The position numbers were made by a program, and so were the translations under genes. The notes under the pieces are model-generated. The model ran no database searches. It was not told the DNA's origin and saw only the letters and a program-made list of their open reading frames with translations. From contig JAIPDO010000011.1 in the NCBI GenBank assembly GCA_021737645.1, forward strand, positions 18,985 to 82,984: 64,000 nucleotides of DNA, in the 5' to 3' direction. Below, one piece after another: positions 55,435 through 64,000 of this stretch. Position 1 is the first letter of the stretch. Every line of letters starts with the position of its first letter. This stretch comes from Desulfarculaceae bacterium (GTDB lineage: Bacteria > Desulfobacterota > Desulfarculia > Desulfarculales > Desulfarculaceae).

Positions 55435-55578
55435 GCAGCCACGGTCAAGGTGCCTTTTGGCGCAAAAATCACATGGAAAGGCCAATTTCCAGCCTTGCGA
55501 ATAAGCCGGGTCTTAACTGCTTTTTAGGTTACTTGAGCTGACGCCGCTGGAACCCGCGGGTCTGGCCGGGGAGGGGAT

Positions 55579-56424
55579 ATGCCGCTGCCGAGCACTGCCG
55601 GGCAGGAGCAACGGAAGGATTCGAATTCCACAAAACCCCTACTGATTATAGATGACATACATCTAAGGTTCGGCGGGCTGAACGCACTCAGCGGAGTCAG
55701 CTTTCAGGTTCAGCAGGGCCACATCCAGGCCATCATCGGCCCCAATGGGGCCGGCAAAACCTGCATCCTCAACTGTATCTGCCGCTTTTACCATCCCCAC
55801 AAGGGGCGCATCATCTTCGCGGACAAAGACATTTCCAAGGTCCACACCCACCGGGTGGCGGAACTGGGAATAGCCCGTAGTTTCCAAAATATAGAGCTTT
55901 TCCGTGGCATGACGGTGCTGGACAACATCAAGTTGGGCCACCACGTGCATATGCATTCGGGCTTTTTGTCCGGCGGCGTCTACCTGGGTAAAGCCAGAAA
56001 AGAAGAGATGCGGGTGCGCGCCGAGATCGAGGAACGCATCATCGACCTGCTGGAGATAGAGGCCATCCGCAAGCAAACAGTGGGAACTCTGCCCTATGGC
56101 CTGCAAAAAAGGGTGGAGTTGGCCCGGGCCCTGGCCATGCGGCCCAAGATCCTGCTGTTGGACGAGCCCATGGCCGGCATGAATCTGGAAGAGACCGAGG
56201 ACATGGCCCGCTTCATCCTCGACGTAAACGAGGAGTGGGGGGTCACCGTGGTGCTCATCGAGCACGACATGGGCGTGGTCATGGACATCTCCGACAATGT
56301 GGTGGTGCTGGACTTCGGCACCAAGATCGCCCAAGGCAGTCCCCAAGAGGTAAGCAAAAACCCCCACGTCATCGAGGCCTACCTTGGCGCCGAAGACGCG
56401 GCCTATTCCAAATTGGGTTTGTAG
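55579..56424 (+). CDS. livG: branched-chain amino acid-type ABC transporter ATP-binding protein (LivG-like)
   Basis: GPNGAGKTC, LPYGLQKRVELARAL, LLLDEPMAGMN, and the LivG-type C-terminal PHVIEAYLG. Confidence 0.8.
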   Translation: MPLPSTAGQEQRKDSNSTKPLLIIDDIHLRFGGLNALSGVSFQVQQGHIQAIIGPNGAGKTCILNCICRFYHPHKGRIIFADKDISKVHTHRVAELGIARSFQNIELFRGMTVLDNIKLGHHVHMHSGFLSGGVYLGKARKEEMRVRAEIEERIIDLLEIEAIRKQTVGTLPYGLQKRVELARALAMRPKILLLDEPMAGMNLEETEDMARFILDVNEEWGVTVVLIEHDMGVVMDISDNVVVLDFGTKIAQGSPQEVSKNPHVIEAYLGAEDAAYSKLGL

Positions 56425-56445
56425 AGCAAGCTGGGAGAATCGCCT

Positions 56446-58464
56446 GTGCCCCAGAAGACTTTTTTGCAAGCCGAGACCACTGGAGCCGACATTGGCCGCG
56501 ACACCATGCCGCTGCTGCTCCAGCGCAACGCCCGTAAATTCGGCGACAGCAAGGTTGCGCTCAGGGAGAAGGAGTACGGCATCTGGCAGTCGTACACCTG
56601 GAAACAATACTACGAGCACGTAAAGTACTTGGCCTTGGGCCTGGCCGCTCTGGGGTTTAAGGACGATGACGCCTTGGCCATCATCGGTGACAACCGGCCG
56701 GAGTGGGTGTTCGCCGAGTTGGCCGCCCAGAGCCTCAAGGGGCGCCCCCTGGGCATTTACCAGGATTCCATCCTCAACGAGGTGGCCTATGTCATAGACC
56801 ACTCCGGAGCCACTTTTGTGGTGGCCGAGGACCAGGAACAGGCCGACAAGGTCCTGGACATGCAAAAAGAGCTGCCCGGGGTCAAGAAGATCATCTACAC
56901 CGACCCCAAGGGCATGCGCGACTACGATGATCCTCTGCTGGTGTTTATGCCGGACGTGGAGGAGATGGGGCGGCGCTTCGAAGATGAAAACCCGGGCTAC
57001 TTCGAAAAGTCCATCGAGCGCCTCACCCCCAACGATATCGCCCTTATCGCCTATACCTCGGGCACCACCGGCTTCCCCAAGGGCTCGTTGCTCACCCACA
57101 GCAACATGCTCAAGATGGCCCTTAACCTGGCTCATGTGGACCCCAAGCGCCAGAACGACGAGTTCGTCTCCTTCCTGCCGCTGCCCTGGATCGGCGAGCA
57201 GATGATGAGCGTGTCCACCGCCTTGGCCATCGGCTTCACGGTCAACTTCCCAGAGGAGCCCGAGACGGCCATGGCCGATCTTTACGAGATTGGCCCCAAC
57301 GTGGTTTTCAGCCCGCCCCGGGTATGGGAGCAGCAGGCCCGCTCGGTGATAGTCAGGCACTTGGACGCATCCTGGCTAAAGCGCTTCTTCTATCGCCTGT
57401 GCATGCCCATCGGCTACCAAATGGCCGACTTCCACTTCGAGAAAAAGAAACCGCCCTGGTACTGGCACATCATGTACGCCTTGAGCTACGCCATACTTTT
57501 CAGGGCACTCAAGGATCGCCTGGGCTTTTCCAACATACGCAGCGCCTCCACCGGCGGTGCGGCCCTGGGGCCGGACGTATTCCGCTTTTTCCACGCCTGC
57601 GGGGTGAACCTGAAGCAGATCTACGGCCAAACCGAGATCAGCGGCATATCCTGCATCCACCGCGAGGGCAAGGTGGACTTCACCAGCGTGGGAGAGCCTA
57701 TCCCCGAGACCGAAGTGAGAATCGACAACCCCGACCCCGAGGGAGTCGGCGGGATCATCTCACGCTCCCCGGCCCTGTTCCTGGGGTATCTCAAAAACGA
57801 CGAAGCTACCGCCGAGACCATCGTTGACGGTTGGCTGCACTCCGGCGACGCGGGATACATCACCGAAAATGGCCAGTTGGTGTGCATCGACCGGGTCAAG
57901 GACCTGATGCGCCTGACCAGCGGGGCCCATTTTTCGCCCATGTTCATTGAGAACAAGCTCAAATTCTGTCCCTACATCGTGGAACCCTGCGTGTTGGGCC
58001 ACGATCGTAAGTACGTCACCGCCATTATCTGCATCGACTACAAACACACCGGCAAGTGGGCCGAGGATCACCGCATCGGCTACACCACCTACACCGACCT
58101 GGCCTCCAAGGCGGAGGTGTACGACCTCATAGAAAAAGAAGTGGTGCGAGTGAACCGCAGCCTGCCCGAAGCGGCGCGGATTCAAAGATTTCTGCTCTTG
58201 TACAAGGAGTTCGACCCGGACGACGGCGAGTTGACCCGCACCCGCAAGCTCAGGCGGCGCTTTATCGCCGAGCGTTACGGCGCGGAGATAGAGGCCCTGT
58301 ACCAAGACGTGGACCAGGTTCACGTTGAGAGCGAGATCAAGTACCAAGACGGCAAGACCGCCACCATCGTCACCGACCTGCACATACGCAGGATGAAGCC
58401 TCTGGACCAGTACGCCCTGGAGGCCGAGCGCAAGTGGTGGCAGTTCTGGAAGCCGGTGCACTAG
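56446..58464 (+). CDS. AMP-forming acyl-CoA ligase (long-chain-fatty-acid--CoA ligase-like) embedded in the ABC operon
   Basis: 672 aa; AMP-binding motif IAYTSGTTGFPKG, YGQTE, GWLHSGDAGY. GTG start with GGGAGA upstream. Confidence 0.8.
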   Translation: MPQKTFLQAETTGADIGRDTMPLLLQRNARKFGDSKVALREKEYGIWQSYTWKQYYEHVKYLALGLAALGFKDDDALAIIGDNRPEWVFAELAAQSLKGRPLGIYQDSILNEVAYVIDHSGATFVVAEDQEQADKVLDMQKELPGVKKIIYTDPKGMRDYDDPLLVFMPDVEEMGRRFEDENPGYFEKSIERLTPNDIALIAYTSGTTGFPKGSLLTHSNMLKMALNLAHVDPKRQNDEFVSFLPLPWIGEQMMSVSTALAIGFTVNFPEEPETAMADLYEIGPNVVFSPPRVWEQQARSVIVRHLDASWLKRFFYRLCMPIGYQMADFHFEKKKPPWYWHIMYALSYAILFRALKDRLGFSNIRSASTGGAALGPDVFRFFHACGVNLKQIYGQTEISGISCIHREGKVDFTSVGEPIPETEVRIDNPDPEGVGGIISRSPALFLGYLKNDEATAETIVDGWLHSGDAGYITENGQLVCIDRVKDLMRLTSGAHFSPMFIENKLKFCPYIVEPCVLGHDRKYVTAIICIDYKHTGKWAEDHRIGYTTYTDLASKAEVYDLIEKEVVRVNRSLPEAARIQRFLLLYKEFDPDDGELTRTRKLRRRFIAERYGAEIEALYQDVDQVHVESEIKYQDGKTATIVTDLHIRRMKPLDQYALEAERKWWQFWKPVH

Positions 58465-58488
58465 AGCACCAAGGGAGAGAAAGGGCGC

Positions 58489-59376
58489 ATGCAGGATTTC
58501 TTGCAACTGATCGTGACCGGCCTGGTCATCGGCTCGGTGTACGCCTTGGTGGCCATGGGCTTTGCCCTGATCTACAAATCCACCAGCATCATCAACTTCG
58601 CCCAGGGCGAGTTCGTGCTGGTGGGAGGCTACATCTGCTGGTGGCTCTACACCATGCTGGGCATACCCATCGTGTGGTCCTTCATGCTAACCATGGTCAT
58701 CGCGGTGGCCATGGGCGTGGTGCTGGAGCGACTGGTGCTTCGGCCCATGATCGGCGAGCCCATCATCAGCGTGATCATGATCACCATCGCCCTGGCCACG
58801 GTGCTCAAGTCCCTGGTCACCATCCTTTGGGGAACCCAGATCAAGGTGTTCACCCCGGCCATTTTCAGCCAAAAAGCCATCCACATGGGGCCGATCTTGA
58901 TAAGCGAGGTGTACCTGTGGACCTTCGGCTTCGCGTTTTTGTTCCTGGGGGTGTTTGCCGCGTTTTTCAAATTCACCCGGGTGGGAATCTCCATGCGGGC
59001 GGTGGCCAACGACCAGCAGGTGGCCCAGTCCATGGGCATCAGCGTGAAAAAGGTCTTCGCCATCTCCTGGTCCATCGGCGCTCTGGTCAGCGCGGTGGGC
59101 GGGCTTTTGGTGGGCAACATCAACGGCATCAACATCACCCTGTCGGATTTTGGGCTCAAGGTGTTCCCGGCGGTCATCCTGGGCGGCCTGGACTCCATCG
59201 GCGGAGCAATCATCGGCGGGTTGACCATCGGCATCCTGGAAAACATCATGGGCTCCTACCTGGACGTGTATTTGGGAGGCGGAGTCAAGGAGATCGCGCC
59301 GTTTATCGTGTTGATCATTATCTTGATGGTCAAGCCTTACGGTCTGTTCGGCATCAAGGAGATCGAGCGGGTTTAG
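58489..59376 (+). CDS. livH: branched-chain amino acid-type ABC transporter permease (LivH-like)
   Basis: MQDFLQLIVTGLVIGSVYALVAMGFALIYKSTSIINFAQGEF is the typical LivH start. Confidence 0.85.
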   Translation: MQDFLQLIVTGLVIGSVYALVAMGFALIYKSTSIINFAQGEFVLVGGYICWWLYTMLGIPIVWSFMLTMVIAVAMGVVLERLVLRPMIGEPIISVIMITIALATVLKSLVTILWGTQIKVFTPAIFSQKAIHMGPILISEVYLWTFGFAFLFLGVFAAFFKFTRVGISMRAVANDQQVAQSMGISVKKVFAISWSIGALVSAVGGLLVGNINGINITLSDFGLKVFPAVILGGLDSIGGAIIGGLTIGILENIMGSYLDVYLGGGVKEIAPFIVLIIILMVKPYGLFGIKEIERV

Positions 59377-59435
59377 TCGGCGCAACGTGCCGTGGCCCAT
59401 ATGGCGAGGCGAGAATAAGAGCTAGGGAGGCTTAA

Positions 59436-60497
59436 ATGCCCTGCGGCCTTTTCTTCGAGACTTATCAAAAAGACGAAAGCATCTTCCCGACCCTTTGGCT
59501 GCGGGTCTGGATGATCGCCCTGGGCATCGGCCTGCTTGTCTTCCCCTTTGTGGCTCAGCCGATCAGCGACTGGATGGGCATGAACACGCTCAACATGGTC
59601 AACCTGATCTTCATCTACATCGTGGGGGCCCACGGCCTTAACCTGCTCACCGGCTACACCGGCCAGATCTCTTTGGGCCACGGGGCCTTCATGGGAGTGG
59701 GCGCCTACACCGCGGGCATCCTGGCCAATATGGGCTGGCCCTTCTGGCTGGCCCTGCCCATGGCGGGCTTCATGTCCGCGGCGGTGGGCATGATCTTCGG
59801 CATCCCCTCGCTGAGGCTGCGCGGGCTCTACCTGGCCATCGCCACCCTGGCCGCCCAGTTCATTCTGGACTACGCCATGCGCAACTGGTCTTCGCTCACC
59901 GGCGGCTCCAGCGGCCTCTTGGTGCCGTCGGCCTCCATCGGCGATTTCACTTTTGACAGCGACTTCAAATTCTACTTTTTGGCCCTGGCGATAGCCATCC
60001 TGGCCACTTTATATCTCAAGAACATCACCCGCACCCGCACCGGACGGGCCTTTGTTGCGGTGCGCGACCGCTATCTGTCGGCCGAGGTGATCGGGGTGAA
60101 CCTTTTCAAGTACCGCATCATGAGTTTCGGCATCAGCTCATTCATGGTGGGCATTTCCGGAGGCTTGTGGGCCTACTACATCACCATCATCAGCGACGAG
60201 CACTTCACCATGTGGCTCAGCGTGCAGTACCTGGCCATGATCATCGTGGGTGGCCTGGGCTCGGTGCTGGGCTCAATTTACGGCGTGGTGTTCATGGTGG
60301 CCCTGCCCGAGCTGCTGCGCCTGCCCGCCGAGGCACTGACCAACGTGTATCCCGACATCTTCGTTATCTTCTCCAGCCTCAGAGAGATGGTCTTCGGCGT
60401 TATCGTCATCATTTTCCTGATTTTCGAGCCCGACGGATTGGCCGCCCGCTGGCATACCGTACGGGCCTACTGGAAATTATGGCCATTTTCTTACTAA
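59436..60497 (+). CDS. livM: branched-chain amino acid-type ABC transporter permease (LivM-like)
   Basis: GLNLLTGYTGQISLGHGAFMGVGAY is the typical LivM motif. 353 aa. Confidence 0.85.
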   Translation: MPCGLFFETYQKDESIFPTLWLRVWMIALGIGLLVFPFVAQPISDWMGMNTLNMVNLIFIYIVGAHGLNLLTGYTGQISLGHGAFMGVGAYTAGILANMGWPFWLALPMAGFMSAAVGMIFGIPSLRLRGLYLAIATLAAQFILDYAMRNWSSLTGGSSGLLVPSASIGDFTFDSDFKFYFLALAIAILATLYLKNITRTRTGRAFVAVRDRYLSAEVIGVNLFKYRIMSFGISSFMVGISGGLWAYYITIISDEHFTMWLSVQYLAMIIVGGLGSVLGSIYGVVFMVALPELLRLPAEALTNVYPDIFVIFSSLREMVFGVIVIIFLIFEPDGLAARWHTVRAYWKLWPFSY

Positions 60498-60671
60498 ACT
60501 GTAGAGACCGGTATAGGTTTCTATTGTCCCCGCCTGCTCCTGGGAGCCGGGAGTTTGGAGCTACCGGCAAAAAGGGGCGCCCCTGGTATCAGCGGGGCGT
60601 TAGCCGGGTTTACCCGCCGCCATCTGGGCTGCGGGGTTTAGGTGTGTAACTTGGGAAGGGAGAGGATACGC

Positions 60672-61835
60672 ATGCAGAGGAAACTTTTGGTGACGGCCCT
60701 GGCCGTGGCCCTGTGCCTGGCGTTTACGCCGATGGCCATGGCCAAAGATATCAAGGTCGGCGGCATTTTTGACATCACCGGTCCCACCGGAGCGGTGGGC
60801 AAGGACTACGCCGCCGGAGCGGTGGCAGGCGAAAAATACTGGAACCAGAAGAGCGTCCTGGGTGGGGACATGCTCAAGCTTATCCCCAACGACTACGCCT
60901 ACAAGATTCCCGAGGCAGTCAACCTGTACAAAAAGTACAAGGACGTGGACCGGGTCTTCGTGATCCAGGGCTGGGGAACCGGCGACACCAACGCGCTCAG
61001 GCCTTTGGTCAACAAAGACAAGATCGTCTTTTTCAGCGCCTCTTATGACGGCAACCTGACCGACCCCAAGAAGAACCCCTACAACTTCTTCATCGGCACC
61101 AGCTACTCCACCGCCATCCGTTTGGCCATGACCTACGCCAAAGACATGGGCGCCAAGAAGGTGGTCTTCATCTATCCTGACCACCCCTACGGCAAGAACC
61201 CCATCCCGGCGGGCAAGGACTACGCCAAGAAGCTGGGGCTCCAGATCGGTCCCGATGAGATTGTCAACCTGCGGGCCATCGACGCCACCAGCCAGCTGCT
61301 TAACATGAAGAAGTTCGACCCGGACTTCGCCTGGATCGGCGGCACCACCCCCTCCACCGCGGTGATCATCAAGGACGCGGCCAAGCATGGCCTGCGCACC
61401 AAGTTCATGATCAACTGCTGGGGCTTTGACGAGAACCTGTCTCGCCTGGCCGGCAAGGCCGCTGAAGGCCGCGCTTTCGGTATGCTGCCCGTGGCTCCCT
61501 TTGGCGCCAACGTGCCCGGCATGAAGGACGTGGTCGCCTCGGCCGGCGGCAAGCCCTACACCCTGCACTACGTCAAGAGCTGGGTGTCCATGATGGTCAT
61601 GGTCGAGGGCCTCAAGAAGGCCAAGGCCGCCGGCAAGCTCAACGGCCCGGGCCTCAGGGCCGCCCTGGAGACCCTCAAGGACTTCAACACCGGCGGGCTG
61701 TGCGCCCCCATTACCTACACCTCCACCGACCACCGCCCCAACACCACCATGGCTATTGGTGGCATCAAGGACGGCAAGATCTATCTGGTCAAGGATGTGA
61801 ACTTCCCGCGCCAGAAGGCCTACATCGGCTGGTAG
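60672..61835 (+). CDS. ABC transporter substrate-binding protein (LivK/type I periplasmic binding fold)
   Basis: Signal peptide MQRKLLVTALAVALCLAFTPMAMA followed by KDIKVGGIFDITGPTGAVGKD. Start at ATG 60672 with GGGAGAGGA upstream. Confidence 0.8.
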   Translation: MQRKLLVTALAVALCLAFTPMAMAKDIKVGGIFDITGPTGAVGKDYAAGAVAGEKYWNQKSVLGGDMLKLIPNDYAYKIPEAVNLYKKYKDVDRVFVIQGWGTGDTNALRPLVNKDKIVFFSASYDGNLTDPKKNPYNFFIGTSYSTAIRLAMTYAKDMGAKKVVFIYPDHPYGKNPIPAGKDYAKKLGLQIGPDEIVNLRAIDATSQLLNMKKFDPDFAWIGGTTPSTAVIIKDAAKHGLRTKFMINCWGFDENLSRLAGKAAEGRAFGMLPVAPFGANVPGMKDVVASAGGKPYTLHYVKSWVSMMVMVEGLKKAKAAGKLNGPGLRAALETLKDFNTGGLCAPITYTSTDHRPNTTMAIGGIKDGKIYLVKDVNFPRQKAYIGW

Positions 61836-61845
61836 CAAACCACGC

Positions 61846-61871
61846 GGCGGGGGGCCTTCGGGCCTCCCGCC
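61846..61871 (+). promoter_or_regulatory. intercistronic GC-rich stem-loop after the binding-protein gene
   Basis: GGCGGGGGGCC-TTCG-GGCCTCCCGCC is an 11-bp stem with one G-U and a TTCG tetraloop. There is no clear U-tract, so it is more likely an mRNA-stabilising or partial-termination element. Confidence 0.4.
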
Positions 61872-61898
61872 CTTAATAACCACCAGAAGGAAGACGCC

Positions 61899-62702
61899 AT
61901 GCCGCTGTTGTCGGTGAACAACATCGAGGTCATCTACGACGACGTGATCCTGGTGCTCAAGGGCATGTCGCTCAGCGTGGAAGAGGGCCAGATCGTTGCC
62001 GTCCTGGGGGCCAACGGAGCGGGTAAGACCACCACTCTCAAGGCCATAAGCGGCCTACTCAAAACCGAGGAGGGGGAGGTCACCGACGGGGCCATCGAGT
62101 TCGACGGCGAAAAGATCAACGGCATGGACCCGGAGTTGATCGTCAAGCGGGGCATCTTCCAGGTCATGGAAGGCCGCCGGGTCTTCGAGGATCTCACGGC
62201 CAAGGAAAATTTGGTGGCCGCCGCCCACACCCAGCGTTGCAGCCGGGGCGAGTTGGAAAAGCGCATCGATCAGGTCTACCACTACTTCCCCCGCCTAAAG
62301 GAACGCGAAAACGGCTTGGCCGGCTACCTTAGCGGTGGAGAACAGCAGATGCTGGTCATCGGTCGGGGCATGATGGCCAAGCCGCGTCTTATGATGCTCG
62401 ACGAGCCCTCCCTGGGCCTTAGCCCCTTGCTGGTCAGCGAGATATTCGAGATCATCGTCAAGCTCAACAAAGACCTGGGCACCACCATCCTGTTGGTGGA
62501 GCAGAACGCCCGCATGGCGCTCAATATAGCCGACCACGGCTATATCATGGAAAACGGCAAGATCGTCCTGGACGACACCACCGAGAAACTCAAAAGCAAC
62601 GAGGACGTAAAGCGCTTTTACCTGGGCATGACCGACGTGGGCACCAAGCGCTCCTACCGCGATGTGAAACATTACAAGCGGCGCAAGCGCTGGCTGACCT
62701 AA
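61899..62702 (+). CDS. livF: branched-chain amino acid-type ABC transporter ATP-binding protein (LivF-like)
   Basis: LLSVNNIEVIYDD..., GANGAGKTT, LSGGEQQMLVIGRG, LMMLDEPSLGLSP. Confidence 0.85.
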   Translation: MPLLSVNNIEVIYDDVILVLKGMSLSVEEGQIVAVLGANGAGKTTTLKAISGLLKTEEGEVTDGAIEFDGEKINGMDPELIVKRGIFQVMEGRRVFEDLTAKENLVAAAHTQRCSRGELEKRIDQVYHYFPRLKERENGLAGYLSGGEQQMLVIGRGMMAKPRLMMLDEPSLGLSPLLVSEIFEIIVKLNKDLGTTILLVEQNARMALNIADHGYIMENGKIVLDDTTEKLKSNEDVKRFYLGMTDVGTKRSYRDVKHYKRRKRWLT

Positions 62703-62877
62703 AAAACCCAGCCCGGCCATGGCTGGGGAAATCCCGGGCCGCCGCACCGCCTCGCGGGAGTGTGCGGAGATCGTCCCAGCCATGACCGGGCCGGAGTCTT
62801 TACGCGGCTCCGGCTGATAACTTTTGGCGTTTTGCCCATAGGCCCCAGGGCGCACGCCCGGCACAAGAGGGGGAGCG

Positions 62878-64000
62878 ATGCCCGAGCAAGACCGAATAAA
62901 GGGATACTGGCGGCCGGAGCTGGAGACGATCGATCCTCAGGCGCGCCAGGAGTACCTGGACTCCAAAGTGGCCGAGATCGTGGCCCACGCCTATGCCAAC
63001 GCCCCGGCCTTCAAACAAAAGATGGCCTCCGTGGGGGCCGAGCCCGGCGACGTGGTCAGCGTGGCCGACCTGGCCAAGCTGCCCATCACCGAAAAAGGCG
63101 AGTTGGTAACCCTGCAACAAGACGACCTGCCCTTTGGCGGGCTGGTGGGCGTGCCCCTGTCCAAGATGAGGCGCATCTATGTTTCGCCGGGGCCCATATA
63201 CGAACCCGGCGAAAAGCGCTTTAGCGACGACCGCTGGACCCAGGCCTTTTTCGCCGCCGGTTTCCGTCCCGGCGACATAGCCCAGGTCACCTTCAACTTC
63301 AACATGGTGCCCTTCGCCTTTTACCTGGACGAAGCCTTGAACCTCATGGACGCGGTGTCCATTCCCGCCGGGGTGGGCAACACCGAGCTTCAGGTGCAGG
63401 TAATGAAAGACCTGAAGGTGCAAGGCTATCTGGGCACCCCCAGCTTTTTGGCGGCCATCGCCGACAAGGCCGAGGCCGCGGGCCTGGACCTGCTGCGCGA
63501 CCTGAACCTCAAGGTGGCCTTCGTGGCCGCGGAGATGCTGCCCGAGAGCCTCAGGGCCTCCTTGCAGGAGCGCCTAGGCATGATCATCCGCCAGAGCTAC
63601 GGCACCGCCGACGTGGGTTGCCTGTCCTACGAGTGCTATCACCTGGGCGGCATGCATTTCGCCCAGGACTGCGTGGTGGAGGTGGTGGACCCCGAGACCG
63701 GCCAGCCGGTGCCCGAGGGAGAGCCCGGCGAGGTGGTGGCCACCATATTCGACAAGGCCTACCCCCTCATTCGCTTCGGCACCGGAGACTTGTCGTCTTA
63801 CGTCAGCGACACCTGCGCCTGCGGCCGCACCAGCCCCAAGCTCACCCGTATAATGGGCCGGGTGGACCAGGTGACCAAGGTGAAGGGCATGTTCGTGCAC
63901 CCGTCCGGCGTGCAGCAGGTGACAGCCAAGTTCCCCCAGGTCCAGATGTTCCAACTGGTGGTGACCCGCGAAGCCAACCAGGATGTGATGACCCTGGTCT
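62878..64000 (+). CDS. phenylacetate--CoA ligase-family (PaaK / coenzyme F390 synthetase-like) adenylate-forming enzyme, 3' end outside the window
   Basis: My own translation from ATG 62878 (AGAGGGGGAG RBS): MPEQDRIKGYWRPELETIDPQARQEYLDSKVAEIVAHAYANAPAFKQKM...ITEKGELV...SPGPIYEP...SYGTADVG...RFGTGDL...GRVDQVTKVKGMFVHP. The frame stays open to position 64000, so it is not in the ORF track. Confidence 0.75.
   Translation, partial: MPEQDRIKGYWRPELETIDPQARQEYLDSKVAEIVAHAYANAPAFKQKMASVGAEPGDVVSVADLAKLPITEKGELVTLQQDDLPFGGLVGVPLSKMRRIYVSPGPIYEPGEKRFSDDRWTQAFFAAGFRPGDIAQVTFNFNMVPFAFYLDEALNLMDAVSIPAGVGNTELQVQVMKDLKVQGYLGTPSFLAAIADKAEAAGLDLLRDLNLKVAFVAAEMLPESLRASLQERLGMIIRQSYGTADVGCLSYECYHLGGMHFAQDCVVEVVDPETGQPVPEGEPGEVVATIFDKAYPLIRFGTGDLSSYVSDTCACGRTSPKLTRIMGRVDQVTKVKGMFVHPSGVQQVTAKFPQVQMFQLVVTREANQDVMTLV

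Noticed and set aside
55663-57360. 565-aa minus-strand ORF antisense to livG and the acyl-CoA ligase.
   Set aside because: The sense-strand genes carry Walker and AMP-binding motifs. The antisense translation is featureless.
60600-61883. 427-aa minus-strand ORF antisense to the substrate-binding protein gene. The same applies to 40695-41732, 39436-40218 and 8166-9041, which lie antisense to GT9, GT4 and aminotransferase genes.
   Set aside because: The same shadow-ORF reasoning applies. The sense genes have signal peptides or family motifs and the antisense products do not.
62707-62830. Two hairpins after livF: CCCAGCC/GGCTGGG at 62707-62727 and GCCGGAG/CTCCGGC at 62790-62814.
   Set aside because: The first has an A-tract upstream rather than a U-tract downstream on the coding strand. 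The second has a 7-bp stem and an 11-nt loop, with only a broken T-run following. Both are too weak to call as terminators. The PaaK-like gene may be co-transcribed.
1-64000. Search by eye for CRISPR arrays, tandem or interspersed repeats, tRNA/rRNA genes, transposases, integrases, toxin-antitoxin pairs and defence-system hallmarks.
   Set aside because: None was found. Every ORF above about 90 aa that I accept has a housekeeping or envelope assignment. The intergenic space is small, with 266-267 nt as the largest gaps. Small repeats below my visual detection limit would need a computational repeat scan.

Overview
This is a 64-kb, visibly high-GC, gene-dense chromosomal segment from a Gram-negative bacterium. 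The gene content suggests an anaerobic deltaproteobacterium-like (Desulfobacterota) genome: LpxI instead of LpxH, a Thi4-type thiazole synthase, PxxKW and DUF4416 proteins, and a Liv-type ABC operon with embedded acyl-CoA ligases. That taxonomic call is inference only. I can support about 62 protein-coding genes, one TPP riboswitch, and a handful of intrinsic terminators and promoter candidates. I saw no rRNA, tRNA, CRISPR array, transposase, integrase or prophage signature.

Layout:
(1) 1-11 kb holds mixed housekeeping genes: glgC, an AI-2E transporter, a nitrilase-family hydrolase, a GAF+HisKA-only protein, a HIT protein, an SDF transporter fused to a solute-binding domain, riboswitch-controlled thi4, an aspartate aminotransferase, a haem-c sensor and a PxxKW Cys-rich protein.
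(2) 11.1-47.5 kb is one same-strand block. lysS is followed by a roughly 35-kb outer-membrane biogenesis supercluster: lol permease-lolD-bamA-skp-lpxD-fabZ-lpxA-lpxI-oxidoreductase-lpxB-msbA-PAP2-2x arnT-like-arnC-arnD-waaA-lpxK-lpxL-waaF-gmhB-waaC-epimerase-trm112-GT9-GT4-GT9-GT9-heptose kinase-epimerase-O-antigen ligase-ugd. Many junctions have start/stop overlaps.
(3) 47.5-55.3 kb is housekeeping: DUF4416-yicC-remA-like-gmk-rlmB; convergent yggS-maf-tatD-M15 peptidase-pterin-binding protein; and a dGTPase-like HD protein.
(4) 55.6-64 kb is a Liv-type ABC transporter operon with an embedded AMP-forming acyl-CoA ligase, followed by a PaaK-like ligase that is cut by the window end.

The window reads as core genome, not an accessory island, and I did not find a convincing self-contained novel system such as a defence system. 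The most noteworthy oddities are:
- a periplasmic haem-c (DUF3365) sensor whose only cytoplasmic module is an uncharacterised Cys4 motif;
- an SDF transporter covalently tethered to an SBP domain;
- a partial arn-type lipid A modification module with two ArnT paralogues and no arnA/arnB;
- a GnnA-like oxidoreductase between lpxI and lpxB;
- a promoter-plus-terminator leader splitting the LPS cluster;
- an ABC importer coupled to acyl-CoA ligases.

All functional calls rest on motif recognition by eye. No database search was run.
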